DNA of 64,000 nucleotides, from the NCBI GenBank assembly GCA_040772365.1, contig JAXGYI010000005.1, forward strand, positions 5,132 to 69,131. Reading direction: 5' to 3'. Positions 49,526 through 59,816 of the stretch are shown piece by piece. Origin of the DNA: Candidatus Moraniibacteriota bacterium. GTDB lineage: Bacteria > Patescibacteriota > Minisyncoccia > Moranbacterales > GCA-2747515. A program made the position numbers and the translations under genes. How positions within the stretch are numbered: position 1 is the stretch's first letter; every line of letters begins with the position of its first letter. The notes beneath the pieces are model-generated. The model worked only from the letters and a program-made list of their open reading frames with translations, did not search any database and was not told where the DNA came from.

Positions 49526-50632
49526 ATGACTATGGGAGCACTCCATGTAGAACAACGTATCCACAATCTCTTACGGCTTGGCGCACAGCAAAATGCGTCG
49601 GACTTACATTTTGCTGTGGGGCGTCGCCCAACACTACGTATTGACGGAAAACTCATTCCATTAGAACAGGAAGCCGTTCTTCTACCGCAAGACACTAAGG
49701 CTTTTGCGGATTATTTCATGAGTGAACATCACAAGGAGCTTTTTCTTAAAAATGGTGAAATTGACTTTTCTTACGCTCTTGGGGATAAGGTGCGCTTTCG
49801 TACGAATGTGTTCTATCAGCGTGGCTATGTTGGCGTGGTGATGCGTGTGATCAATAGTGATATTCGACGATTGGAAGATCTTGGTGTGCCGTCAATCGTA
49901 TATGAATTTGCTAATTTTTCTCAAGGCCTATTTCTTGTTACAGGTCCGGTTGGTCATGGAAAATCTACAACACTTGCAGCGCTTGTGGATTACATTAACC
50001 ATAACAAGAAGCATCACATTGTTACGATTGAGGATCCTATTGAGTATATGTATGAACCGGATCAGTGCATTATTAATCAGCGAGAGATTGGGCAGGACTC
50101 ACAAAACTTTAACGCAGCACTGCGTGCAGCTTTACGCGAAGATACTAATGTGATCCTCATTGGTGAGATGCGTGATTTTGAAACAATTGGTACGGCAATT
50201 ACTGCTGCGGAAACTGGACATTTGATTTTTGCAACACTGCATACCAATGATGCTGCCCAGACTATTGATCGTATCGTCGATACATTTCCCTCCCATCAGC
50301 AAAATCAGATTCGCGCGCAGTTGGCAAATGTGCTCTTAGGTGTAATGTCACAGCGACTCATTCCGCGGATTAACGGGGGACGTATCCCTGCTGTAGAAAT
50401 TATGATTAAAAACCATGCCGTAGAGAACCTCATCCGTGAAGACAAGACATATCAAATTGATACAGTCATTGAAACAAGTCAGAAGGATGGCATGGTCTCC
50501 TTGGATCGATCGTTGGCACAGTTGCTTCAGGCAGGTGAGATTTCCCTAGATTATGCCATGACATATGCAAAGAATCGTGATTATGTACGAATGCTTGTTG
50601 GTCGTGGAGAGCAAATTCACATTGATGAGTAA
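49526..50632 (+). CDS. pilT: Twitching-motility retraction ATPase PilT
   Basis: GLFLVTGPVGHGKSTTLAALVDYIN Walker A, and AETGHLIFATLHTNDAAQTIDRIVD (His box). Confidence 0.9.
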   Translation: MTMGALHVEQRIHNLLRLGAQQNASDLHFAVGRRPTLRIDGKLIPLEQEAVLLPQDTKAFADYFMSEHHKELFLKNGEIDFSYALGDKVRFRTNVFYQRGYVGVVMRVINSDIRRLEDLGVPSIVYEFANFSQGLFLVTGPVGHGKSTTLAALVDYINHNKKHHIVTIEDPIEYMYEPDQCIINQREIGQDSQNFNAALRAALREDTNVILIGEMRDFETIGTAITAAETGHLIFATLHTNDAAQTIDRIVDTFPSHQQNQIRAQLANVLLGVMSQRLIPRINGGRIPAVEIMIKNHAVENLIREDKTYQIDTVIETSQKDGMVSLDRSLAQLLQAGEISLDYAMTYAKNRDYVRMLVGRGEQIHIDE

Positions 50633-50657
50633 TTGTTATTATTGTCTATAATATTCT

Positions 50658-51866
50658 ATGCAGTTTACATTTAAAGCACGCATGCAGAATGGTGAAGTGA
50701 AGCGCGGGAGGATTGAGGCGATTGACCGCGATGCTGCTGCCCAGCTACTTCAAAAAAACAATTTGGTGCCACTGGAAATTACAGTGGTCAAGGAGGGTTC
50801 GTCTCTTGAAGCGTGGGTTGAGCGTATTACGTCATCGGTTTCACAGAAGAATCTCCTGGTGTTTTATCGACAGTTATCAGCGCTTGTCGGTGCAAAAATT
50901 CCCATTGCGCCAGCCCTGCGCACAATCCATAGTCAGTCCGAAAATGCACAGTTGCGTACTGTGATTACAGAAGTGGCGTCAGATGTGGAGGATGGAATGC
51001 CACTTTCTGAGAGTTTTGCAAAGCATGAAAATATTTTTACACCACTGGCAGTGAATATGATTCGATCCGGTGAGGTATCAGGTAATTTGCAGGGTTCTAT
51101 TGATTTTGTGGCGGAGAATGCGGAGCAGAATTATCAGCTGCGGTCTAAGGTGCGTGGCGCATTGATTTATCCTGTATTTGTGATTTGTGTGGCGCTAGTC
51201 ATTGGGTTTTTCACAATGACATGGATTTTGCCGAAGCTCACACAAGTGATAAAAGACATGGATGTAGAAATTCCTTGGTATACATACCTCATGATTAAGC
51301 TTGGTGATTTTATGCAGGCATATTGGTGGGCGGTACTGATTATTTTTATGGGCTTTATGGGAGCGATAGCATATTACGTACGATCTGAAAATGGACGAAA
51401 AGAGTGGGATCGAATCAAATTGCGGATTCCGGTGATTGGTGAGTTATACAGGTATGTATATATTACCCGGTTTTCTGAAAACCTCTCCGTTTTGCTCAAG
51501 GGTGGTATTCCGATTGTGCGCGCGCTAATCATCGTTGCCGATGTTGTGGAAAATGTTGTTTATAAGAATATTATTCTGAAAGCCGCACAGGACGTCAAGA
51601 TTGGTGGTGAGATCAACACAGAGTTTTTCAAGCATGAAGAAATTCCGCCGATGGTATCTAGCATGATTAAAATTGGAGAGGAGACAGGGCGTCTAGGAGA
51701 AATTCTTGACGATGTTGCCGCATTTTATAACAGTGAAGTAGATCAAATGACGCGCAATCTATCATCAATTATTGAGCCGGTGATGATTGTTGTGCTTGGC
51801 CTCGGTGTGGGCGTGCTTGTATTTTCTGTTCTTCTACCGATCTATAACATTGCAGGGCAACTATAG
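50658..51866 (+). CDS. pilC: Type IV pilus inner-membrane platform protein PilC (GspF family)
   Basis: 402 aa with two T2SF domains and three TM segments. Confidence 0.9.
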   Translation: MQFTFKARMQNGEVKRGRIEAIDRDAAAQLLQKNNLVPLEITVVKEGSSLEAWVERITSSVSQKNLLVFYRQLSALVGAKIPIAPALRTIHSQSENAQLRTVITEVASDVEDGMPLSESFAKHENIFTPLAVNMIRSGEVSGNLQGSIDFVAENAEQNYQLRSKVRGALIYPVFVICVALVIGFFTMTWILPKLTQVIKDMDVEIPWYTYLMIKLGDFMQAYWWAVLIIFMGFMGAIAYYVRSENGRKEWDRIKLRIPVIGELYRYVYITRFSENLSVLLKGGIPIVRALIIVADVVENVVYKNIILKAAQDVKIGGEINTEFFKHEEIPPMVSSMIKIGEETGRLGEILDDVAAFYNSEVDQMTRNLSSIIEPVMIVVLGLGVGVLVFSVLLPIYNIAGQL

Positions 51867-52044
51867 TGACGATTTTTTATGACGTATCTGTGATGCGCAG
51901 TGGCAGATTCTGGATGTTTTATGTGTCGTGGCGTACAGTCTGTTGGTATGAGTTGAGAATGTACAGGCGTACTAAAAATGTGGTATACTATACAATGTAA
52001 TGCGCACATGTTGTCAGCATATTGACGACACATAAAAAAATACT

Positions 52045-52485
52045 ATGGCAATTTATAAAGAGGTTATTCCATTTTCTAGTACAACGGAAGTGGAGTTTAT
52101 TGACTTGACAGAACAGGTGCAAAAAGTTGTGGAGCGTAGTGGTATGCGGGATGGTCTCGTCCTTGTTTTTGCGCAACACACAACGATGAGTATCGTGATC
52201 AATCATAACGAACCTATGCTGCTGCAAGATTTTATGCGTGTGCTATATCGCCTTGCGCCACAGGACGATCGTTATTCGCATGACATGTTTGAGTTGCAAA
52301 AAGGTGGCATTAAGAGCGATGGACGCAGCAATGGGCACTCCCACTGTAAGGCGATTATTGCAGGCAATCAGGTTACCGTACCACTCGTCAATGGGCATAT
52401 GGTCCTTACAGATCGTCAGAGTATTCTTGCGGCAGAGTTTGACGGCTCCCGTCAGCGCGATGTTATGGTTGTTGTAAGTGATTAG
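52045..52485 (+). CDS. yjbQ: YjbQ/UPF0047 family protein (secondary thiamine-phosphate synthase-like)
   Basis: 146 aa with the typical UPF0047 pattern (...VFAQHTTMSIVINHNEP...HSHCKAI..G). Confidence 0.75.
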   Translation: MAIYKEVIPFSSTTEVEFIDLTEQVQKVVERSGMRDGLVLVFAQHTTMSIVINHNEPMLLQDFMRVLYRLAPQDDRYSHDMFELQKGGIKSDGRSNGHSHCKAIIAGNQVTVPLVNGHMVLTDRQSILAAEFDGSRQRDVMVVVSD

Positions 52486-52494
52486 TGATGTACG

Positions 52495-53121
52495 TTGCCG
52501 CACGCTATGAGCGAGATGTCACAAAAATTGATTGAAAAGGGGTATTTAAAGACAGATGTCGTTATTGACGCTTTTGCTGAAATTAATCGACTGGAGTTCG
52601 TGTCAGATAAATATCGCTTTGCAGCTTCTGCAGATATGCCGCTGGCCGTAGGTTTTGGACAGACAACACCAGCGCCTTCCGTAGTGGCATTTATGTTGGA
52701 GCTCTTGCAGCCAGCGCGTGGTCACCGTATTCTCGTGGTTGGCTATGGTAGTGGATGGATCGTGACAATGCTGGCGTTTATTGTGGGAGCAGAAGGGCAT
52801 GTGACGGCGATTGATCTTCTAGCGGAACATCGGGCATCTGTAGAAAAAGATATTACAAAATTTAATTTTATTACGCGTAGCAACATCGTTGATCTCCGTC
52901 TTCTGGAATCCGCGCAGGACATTGACCCTGCCCAGAAGTATCAAAGAATTATTGTGATCAATCCTGATCTATGGCATTTTTATGAATATATGAATCTCTT
53001 AGAGAACGATGGCGTGATGGTAACGCCGATTGATAATGTCATTTACTATTTCAATAAGCGCGAAGATGTGCAGGATAATGTAGAGGCGCGTTTTGACAGT
53101 ATCAAATTTCTTCCTGTGTAA
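52495..53121 (+). CDS. pcm: Protein-L-isoaspartate O-methyltransferase
   Basis: AdoMet motif ILVVGYGSGW, then Pcm motifs (...GQTTPAPSVVAFMLELL... IIVINPD...). The C-terminal ...KFLPV is typical. Confidence 0.75.
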   Translation: MPHAMSEMSQKLIEKGYLKTDVVIDAFAEINRLEFVSDKYRFAASADMPLAVGFGQTTPAPSVVAFMLELLQPARGHRILVVGYGSGWIVTMLAFIVGAEGHVTAIDLLAEHRASVEKDITKFNFITRSNIVDLRLLESAQDIDPAQKYQRIIVINPDLWHFYEYMNLLENDGVMVTPIDNVIYYFNKREDVQDNVEARFDSIKFLPV

Positions 53122-53134
53122 AGTTAATAGGGAT

Positions 53135-54142
53135 ATGTGGAAAAAAATCATTGGCATTGTGGTTGTCGTCAGTATTGGTGTTTTTGGATGGGACTACATG
53201 GTGCATACACTGCGCTCGACGAACACAGAGCCCGTTGTACTGACGATTGCTCCAGGCGATGACGTTGTCGAGATTGGGCGCAATTTAGCGCATCACAATC
53301 TCGTGCGGTGGCGCGGTATGTTCTATTATTACGGCCTACGGCATGGTGTGCGCGGACAGTTGCATAGTGGTACATATACTATTGCGCCACGAAGTTCTCT
53401 GGGGGAAATTGTTTATAAAATTACGCGATTATCAGAGGCAACATCTCTACAAACACGTGATAAAAAGGTGACATTTCCAGAAGGACTGACATCGGTTCAG
53501 ATGGCACAGCGTTTGACGGCAGAAGGCCTTCCTGGCGATGCGTTTGCTGCACTGGTGCAGCAGCCAACAGCCGATTTACGCACGCGCTTTCCATTTCTTC
53601 CACAGACTGGATCTGCTGAGGGATATCTCTTTCCAGATACATACATGTTTGCAGTGGATGCTTCCGCGGAAACAATTTTTGCAACAATGGTGGGCACTTT
53701 TGCAAAAAAGGTTGAGATCCCCCTTCGCGACACAATTGCCGCACATGAAAAATCGCTGCACGACATCATTATTTTTGCAAGTGTCATTGAAGGTGAGGTT
53801 GCTACGGATAGTGATCGGAAAATTGTTGCTGGTATATTTGCGAATCGCCTCGCAATCGGTATGCTACTGCAAAGTGATGCAACAATTGATTTTATCACAG
53901 GGCAGCCAGCGATGAAGCATACCTTGGATGACCTTGCTATTGATTCACCGTACAATACCTATAAGTACCCCGGTTTGCCACCAGGACCAATCAACAATCC
54001 ATCCCTATCATCTATTCTTGCAGCCGTAAATCCTGCGCAGACAGAATACCTCTTTTTTCTCAATAATGCTACAACCGGCGAAACAGTTTTTTCCAAAACA
54101 TTTGACGAGCACATTGCCAATAAGGCAGCGCATGGCCTGTAG
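53135..54142 (+). CDS. mltG: Endolytic murein transglycosylase MltG (YceG-like)
   Basis: N-terminal TM, then a YceG domain (TFPEGLTSVQMAQRL..., GYLFPDTYMF, SPYNTYKYPGLPPGPINNP). Start is taken at MWKKIIG. Confidence 0.8.
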   Translation: MWKKIIGIVVVVSIGVFGWDYMVHTLRSTNTEPVVLTIAPGDDVVEIGRNLAHHNLVRWRGMFYYYGLRHGVRGQLHSGTYTIAPRSSLGEIVYKITRLSEATSLQTRDKKVTFPEGLTSVQMAQRLTAEGLPGDAFAALVQQPTADLRTRFPFLPQTGSAEGYLFPDTYMFAVDASAETIFATMVGTFAKKVEIPLRDTIAAHEKSLHDIIIFASVIEGEVATDSDRKIVAGIFANRLAIGMLLQSDATIDFITGQPAMKHTLDDLAIDSPYNTYKYPGLPPGPINNPSLSSILAAVNPAQTEYLFFLNNATTGETVFSKTFDEHIANKAAHGL

Positions 54143-54195
54143 AGATGTGTACTATAATAAGAAAACACGGCAGGTGTATGCCGTGTATGTCTATG

Positions 54196-54268
54196 TGGGC
54201 GCAGAGGGATTTGAACCCCCGACCATCTCCTTAAAAGGGAGTTGCTCTACCGACTGAGCTATGCGCCC
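54196..54268 (-). tRNA. tRNA-Lys (anticodon UUU)
   Basis: Reverse complement GGGCGCA-TA-GCTC-AGTCGGTA-GAGC-A-ACTCC-CTTTTAA-GGAGA-TGGTC-GGGGG-TTCAAAT-CCCTC-TGCGCCC-A: 73 nt with a good cloverleaf, U33 and A37. CCA is not encoded. Confidence 0.8.
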
Positions 54269-54359
54269 ATGCAGATGACTTTTTGAATTGTATAAAAAAT
54301 GTTCTCTTGTGTCAATGCGGCATAGCATATTTGATGCATATGGTATATACTTGGAATGT

Positions 54360-55409
54360 ATGTATAGAAAATGTATTTTCGTGAGTAGTGTGGTAGTTGC
54401 TGTGATGATGCTTGGTGGGTGTGTTGGCACGTCATCAAGTCCATCGATCGGTGGCGTCATGAAGAGCGATGATGGTGGACGAACATTTGCTCCGCACAAT
54501 GCAACAAGCACAAAGCGTACGATTGCACGCAACAACGTATCAGCAATGGCGATTGACCCGCAGAAAAGCTCTACAGTCTACATTGGTACGACATCTGCCG
54601 ATGTCTTTGTGAGTTATGATAGTGCGATAACGTGGTCTGCACTGCCATGCGGATTGACAGCTATTCATAGCATTCTCGTTGATCCCTATCAGACACAGAC
54701 GCTCTATGTGAGTGGGATGTATGAGGGGCGTGGTAGTGTTGTGCGTAGTGATGATGGTGGACAGCAGTGGCGGCGTATTTATGTAGAACCGACGGATGGC
54801 ACCAATATTTCCGCTATGGTGATGTCACCGCATGATGCACGTGTTATCTTTATTGGCACAACAGGCGGGACGATTGCACGGACAGACAATGGCGGAACAA
54901 CATGGAAGAATATGTATCATGCTAAAAATCGTATTAACGAACTCGCAATCAATCCGCACAATAGGGATGCACTCTATGTGCTAGTTGGTACGACAGATAT
55001 TGTAGTGTCTCATGATAATGGTGAGACATTTCTCAGTGTAAATGCTATGAATCGCGATGTCGCGACGCAGAAAAAGTACTCTGGGACATTACATTCAATG
55101 GCGATTGATCCTGCAGTGCCACATTCGATCATCGTAGGAACGAATAGCGGCGTCTATCGTTCTTCCGATAACGGTATAAGCTGGCAAACGGTTGATGTTA
55201 TTGCCAGCACAATCGGTGTGCCTGTCTACGCTCTGGCTATTAGTCCACACAATGGGCAGCTGGTTTATGCGGCAGCAAAGGCAGTCTATACGAGTGTAGG
55301 TGATGAGTGGGCAATTACAGATACAACAAGCGCTTATACGGTTGATACAATTTTACATGACCCATTTAATCCTAGTGTGGTTTACCTAGGTATGCAGAAG
55401 ATTAAGTAA
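54360..55409 (+). CDS. Lipoprotein with a BNR/Ycf48-like beta-propeller
   Basis: Lipobox VVAVMMLGGC. Repeated S-x-D-x-G-x-T-W BNR-type motifs (SDDGGRTF, SYDSAITW, SDDGGQQW, TDNGGTTW, SHDNGETF, SSDNGISW). Start is chosen at MYRKCIF. Confidence 0.55.
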   Translation: MYRKCIFVSSVVVAVMMLGGCVGTSSSPSIGGVMKSDDGGRTFAPHNATSTKRTIARNNVSAMAIDPQKSSTVYIGTTSADVFVSYDSAITWSALPCGLTAIHSILVDPYQTQTLYVSGMYEGRGSVVRSDDGGQQWRRIYVEPTDGTNISAMVMSPHDARVIFIGTTGGTIARTDNGGTTWKNMYHAKNRINELAINPHNRDALYVLVGTTDIVVSHDNGETFLSVNAMNRDVATQKKYSGTLHSMAIDPAVPHSIIVGTNSGVYRSSDNGISWQTVDVIASTIGVPVYALAISPHNGQLVYAAAKAVYTSVGDEWAITDTTSAYTVDTILHDPFNPSVVYLGMQKIK

Positions 55410-55429
55410 TTAGGCTTTCGTTTAAGCAT

Positions 55430-55987
55430 ATGTTTAAAGATTTTATAGAAAAATATACACCAGATTTTGACGCTGCTATCGCACACTTTGAAAAAGAGGC
55501 GGCGAAGATTCGTACGGGGCGCGCAACGCCAGCGCTCGTGGAGGGCGTGGTGGTTGATGTTTACGGTGTGCCGTCGCCGATCAAGCAGATCGCTAGCATC
55601 TCTGTCCCAGAAGCGCGACAACTTTTAGTACAGCCATGGGATCGGTCACAGTTGGCGGAAGTGGAGAAGGCAATTACAAAGGCTAATCTCGGTGCACAAA
55701 TATCTAATGATGGGTTGGCAATTCGACTAACATTTCCACCAATGACAGAAGAAAATCGTCGTGATCTTGTCAAAATACTACATCACAAAGCAGAAGAGGC
55801 GCGCGTGGGCATTCGTACAGTGCGTGAAGATGTCTGGAAGGCTGTTGTTGCAGCAGAAAAATCCGGTACAATGACGGAGGATGAGAAGTTTGCAGGTAAG
55901 GATGCATTGCAAGACATTGTTGATGGGTATAACCAAAAAATCGAGGATCTACGTACGCGAAAGGAAGCAGATATTATGACGGTGTAA
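55430..55987 (+). CDS. frr: Ribosome-recycling factor
   Basis: 185 aa, canonical RRF (...IRTGRATPALVEGVVVDVYG...). Confidence 0.9.
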   Translation: MFKDFIEKYTPDFDAAIAHFEKEAAKIRTGRATPALVEGVVVDVYGVPSPIKQIASISVPEARQLLVQPWDRSQLAEVEKAITKANLGAQISNDGLAIRLTFPPMTEENRRDLVKILHHKAEEARVGIRTVREDVWKAVVAAEKSGTMTEDEKFAGKDALQDIVDGYNQKIEDLRTRKEADIMTV

Positions 55988-56009
55988 TTTATCACTATTT
56001 TCTAAAAAT

Positions 56010-57212
56010 ATGTTCGGAACAATCATTATTTTTGTATTGATTCTTGGCGTCTTGATTTTTGTGCATGAATTAGGGCATTTTCTTACAGCGCGAAGAAATG
56101 GTGTTATGGCGCACGAGTTCGGCTTTGGTTTCCCTCCACGTATTTTTGGTATTGTGCGCGACTCATCTACTGGTAAACGGCGCATTATTTGGGGCAGTGG
56201 AGAGTACTATGGTGCGACAACGCTCTATTCATTGAACTGGATTCCACTTGGTGGCTTTGTACGTATCAAAGGTGAGCAGCCCGTTGCGGAAGAGGAGATG
56301 CGGGATGCACAACTATCGGAGAAGGATCGCGCATATGCACGTATGTCACGCGATGCTGATAGTTTTGCTATGCAGTCAAAGTGGACACGGACGAAAATTT
56401 TAATTGCCGGTGTGGCAATGAATGCACTACTTGCATGGGTACTTATTGTTGTGGTGCTGATGATTGGTGCACCAGAACCACGTCAGGCCATTTCATCGCA
56501 CGCTATTGTTGTGCAATCAACAGGGGTGCAAATTACTCATGTAGAAAAAGAGTCGCCGGCAGAGGCAATGGGCGTGAAAATTGGCGATGTCGTTTCTTCG
56601 CTGTGTATTGGTTCTGGGCCATGTACGACTGTTCATGATGCAGAAGTATTGCGTAATACGATTTTTACGCACAAAGGGGAGACGGTTGATATGCAGATAC
56701 TGCGTGGTAAGGAGAATCTGCAGCTTGCGGGCACGCTACGTGCGGATGTTGTTGAAGGACAAGGCGCCCTTGGTATTTCCATGGCAGACATGGCAATTGT
56801 GCGATATCCATGGTATGTAGCGCCATGGGAGGGCTTGATGCGTGTAATCAGCTTGGTCGTTCTGACAGTAAGCACATTTTGGCAACTGATTATCTCGCTT
56901 TTTGGCGGACCAGCAGTGGATGCAGAGGTTGCCGGTCCTGTGGGGATTGCCATGCTTACGCAGCAAATGCGTGATCTCGGTGTGATATACCTCATTCAGT
57001 TTGCCGCGGTGTTGAGTATTAACCTTGCTATTATCAATATTTTACCAATCCCAGCGCTGGATGGTGGTCGTCTCCTTTTTCTATTGATTGAGGCAATCAG
57101 CGGGCGTCCGGTGAACCAACGCTTTGAAGGCATGGCGCATACGATTTTCTTTATGGCACTGATTCTCCTCATGGTCATTATTACTGTGCGAGACGTCATA
57201 AAGCTCTTTTAG
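56010..57212 (+). CDS. rseP: Site-2 protease RseP (M50 family zinc metalloprotease with PDZ domain)
   Basis: HELGHFLTAR (HExxH), a PDZ domain in the middle, and the LDGG motif near the C-terminus (PIPALDGGRLLF). Confidence 0.85.
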   Translation: MFGTIIIFVLILGVLIFVHELGHFLTARRNGVMAHEFGFGFPPRIFGIVRDSSTGKRRIIWGSGEYYGATTLYSLNWIPLGGFVRIKGEQPVAEEEMRDAQLSEKDRAYARMSRDADSFAMQSKWTRTKILIAGVAMNALLAWVLIVVVLMIGAPEPRQAISSHAIVVQSTGVQITHVEKESPAEAMGVKIGDVVSSLCIGSGPCTTVHDAEVLRNTIFTHKGETVDMQILRGKENLQLAGTLRADVVEGQGALGISMADMAIVRYPWYVAPWEGLMRVISLVVLTVSTFWQLIISLFGGPAVDAEVAGPVGIAMLTQQMRDLGVIYLIQFAAVLSINLAIINILPIPALDGGRLLFLLIEAISGRPVNQRFEGMAHTIFFMALILLMVIITVRDVIKLF

Positions 57213-57304
57213 AGAGACTGCGGTTTGTGATGCTCATGTATCGGTGTCATTCTAGTATTTTTGTGACTTATCAGTATATGCACGATGATGCGGTAATTTC
57301 TATA

Positions 57305-57333
57305 TTGACTTTTTTTGTATTCGGCGTTACGAT
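57305..57333 (+). promoter_or_regulatory. Sigma70-type promoter for the atp operon
   Basis: TTGACT (57305-57310), 17-nt spacer, TACGAT (57328-57333). The first ATG of atpZ (57339) follows almost immediately, so the transcript may be leaderless or the true start is the ATG at 57366. Confidence 0.45.
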
Positions 57334-57338
57334 AAAGG

Positions 57339-57599
57339 ATGTTGAACAATAACAAAAAGACATCTATGGGGACACGTGGCGACGTTCTGGGTTGGTCGCT
57401 TGTTTTTGAGTTGGGCTATCTGATTGCTATTCCACTTGTGGTGTGTGCAATTGGAGGACGTATGCTAGATCGTTACTGCGATACGTCGCCCATTTTTCTG
57501 TTAATTGGTATTGTTGTTGCTATGGTTGTCTCTGGTGTTATGGTAATGCAACGTATACGGAATATGGAGCGCGCTGTTGCTGCAAAAGAGGAACTATAA
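57339..57599 (+). CDS. atpZ: AtpZ/AtpI-like small membrane protein preceding atpB
   Basis: 86 aa with two TM helices (WSLVFELGYLIAIPLVVCAIGG; IFLLIGIVVAMVVSGVMV), in the conserved position upstream of atpB. Confidence 0.5.
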   Translation: MLNNNKKTSMGTRGDVLGWSLVFELGYLIAIPLVVCAIGGRMLDRYCDTSPIFLLIGIVVAMVVSGVMVMQRIRNMERAVAAKEEL

Positions 57600-57627
57600 T
57601 TATAGCGAAAGAAACTTTTCCTAATCT

Positions 57628-58380
57628 ATGGATATTGAGATTTCACTTGTGCCGGAAGTAGTGACGACGATTGGCGGCTTTCCAATCACGAACTCGCTGA
57701 TCATGACGGTCGTCGTGAGTTTCTGCATCATGATCATTGCGTGGGTAGTGCGATCGCGCATGACGATGGTGCCGCGTGGTTTGCAGAATGTGGTGGAGAG
57801 TATCTTGGAGGCACTGTTGGGTCTTGTGGATGGTGTAACAGGTGATCGCAAACAATCTATAACATTTTTACCAATCGTTGCAACGATTTTTATCTTTGTC
57901 ATTTTCTCTAATTGGAGTGGACTGCTACCAGGTGCGGGGACGTTCGGTGTGCACCAGGTGCATCATGGAGAGAGTGTCTTGGTATCATTTATTCGCAGCC
58001 CAAGTGCTGATTTGAATATGACACTCGCACTCGCACTGTTTGTTGTGCTTGCGTCGCAGGTTATGGGAATGCGTGCCCTTGGGGTGAAACACTACCTAGG
58101 AAAATTCTTTGTGAGTCCTTTACGGAAGCCGTATGGTATTGGGACATTTGTTGGCATACTGGAGATGATCTCTGAGTTTGCTAAAATTGTATCGTTCTCT
58201 TTTCGTCTCTTCGGAAATGTTTTTGCAGGTGAGGTGCTTTTAATTGTCATGCTGTCATTAGCAAGTTACGCTGTTCCAGTACCATTTCTTGGTCTGGAGG
58301 TTTTTGTGGGGTTCATCCAAGCACTGGTTTTTGCGATGCTGACATTGGTATTTTTCAAAATGGCGACAGATGCACATTAA
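57628..58380 (+). CDS. atpB: F0F1 ATP synthase subunit a
   Basis: 250 aa with the essential Arg in FRLFGNVFAGE and five or six TM helices. Confidence 0.9.
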   Translation: MDIEISLVPEVVTTIGGFPITNSLIMTVVVSFCIMIIAWVVRSRMTMVPRGLQNVVESILEALLGLVDGVTGDRKQSITFLPIVATIFIFVIFSNWSGLLPGAGTFGVHQVHHGESVLVSFIRSPSADLNMTLALALFVVLASQVMGMRALGVKHYLGKFFVSPLRKPYGIGTFVGILEMISEFAKIVSFSFRLFGNVFAGEVLLIVMLSLASYAVPVPFLGLEVFVGFIQALVFAMLTLVFFKMATDAH

Positions 58381-58455
58381 TTCATAGGATAGTTAGGTGA
58401 TTCCATAGTCGTCTTTTCATTCTACGAAGAGGCCACTACATAATCACATAATTGA

Positions 58456-58743
<288 letters not shown>

Positions 58744-58810
58744 GCCTTCGGCAAATGCACACCCACAACGAACGACGTTGTGATGACGTCATACGTTGTG
58801 ATGTGGTCAT

Positions 58811-59326
58811 TTGATATTTTATGTCATTTTTATGAGCGAATTATTTACAAGTTTGGGGCTTAATGCCAAAATGTTGATTGCGCAGATGATCAATTTTGCC
58901 ATTTTGCTGTATGTGTTACATCGTTTTGTCTATAAGCCAATTTTGCGCATGCTTACAGATCGTACGGAACGTATCGAGCAGGGGCTGGCGCAAGCTGAAG
59001 CAGCACAGAAAAAAATGTCTGAAGTGGCGGAGCGAGAGAAGGATATTCTTACCAAAGCTAAACGTGAGGCGCGAGATATTGTTGCGACAGCAAATAAGCA
59101 GGCGCAGGAGCATCGCGCGCAGTTGATTGCAGCGGCGCAGGAAGAAACAGCGCGCATGATTGCCGAGACACAAGCACAGATGGAGAGGCAAAAAGCGCAG
59201 CTTATGGAAGAAGTGCAGAAAGATGTTGCGGTGCTTGTCGTGGATGCAGTGGAACGAGTTGTTGGCGAGCGCTTGGATAGTGCAATGGATCAGAAGATTA
59301 TTGCAGAGGCATTGACACGTAAGTAA
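58811..59326 (+). CDS. atpF: F0F1 ATP synthase subunit b
   Basis: Single N-terminal TM (LIAQMINFAILLYVLHRFVYKPI) then a long charged alpha-helix. Confidence 0.8.
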   Translation: MIFYVIFMSELFTSLGLNAKMLIAQMINFAILLYVLHRFVYKPILRMLTDRTERIEQGLAQAEAAQKKMSEVAEREKDILTKAKREARDIVATANKQAQEHRAQLIAAAQEETARMIAETQAQMERQKAQLMEEVQKDVAVLVVDAVERVVGERLDSAMDQKIIAEALTRK

Positions 59327-59357
59327 TTGACCGAATAAAGGAAGAGAATACACTTCT

Positions 59358-59756
59358 ATGACTATTACGCCACGACAATATGCACAAGCACTCTATGACG
59401 CATTGCATGTGCCAGGTGCACAAACAGCAACAGTGATTGCGGAATTCGTTCGTATCCTCAAGAGGAACGGCCACCTCTCTTTAGAGCCATACATTGTGCG
59501 CCATTTTATGGCGCTTTCTGATGCGGCAGATGGCACGGTGCGTGCTACGGTAACAATGGCACATGCGCCGAGTGCGCAGCAGCGTCGGGCTATACAGGCA
59601 TTTATTGCTGCAAAGTATGGCGCTGATCGCGCAGAGATTACGTATGTTACAGATGCACGTATATGCGGTGGATTTATAGTGCGTGTTGGTGATGAAGAGT
59701 ATGATGCAAGTGTACGGCGACGGCTACAGCTGCTTGCACAACACATTATACGATAA
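59358..59756 (+). CDS. atpH: F0F1 ATP synthase subunit delta (compact, 132 aa)
   Basis: OSCP-like N-terminal ([11 protein letters not shown]) and C-terminal ([23 protein letters not shown]) motifs. About 45 aa shorter than typical bacterial delta. Confidence 0.7.
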   Translation: MTITPRQYAQALYDALHVPGAQTATVIAEFVRILKRNGHLSLEPYIVRHFMALSDAADGTVRATVTMAHAPSAQQRRAIQAFIAAKYGADRAEITYVTDARICGGFIVRVGDEEYDASVRRRLQLLAQHIIR

Positions 59757-59816
59757 TTTTTTATATATACCACGTTGCAGAAAGGCAACATGTAATACGT
59801 TTTGTAGAGTAATATA

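Noticed and set aside
54191-54535. 114-aa minus-strand ORF covering the tRNA-Lys gene and the lipoprotein 5' region
   Set aside because: It overlaps a well-formed tRNA-Lys(UUU) on the same strand and the SD/start region of the lipoprotein gene; spurious.
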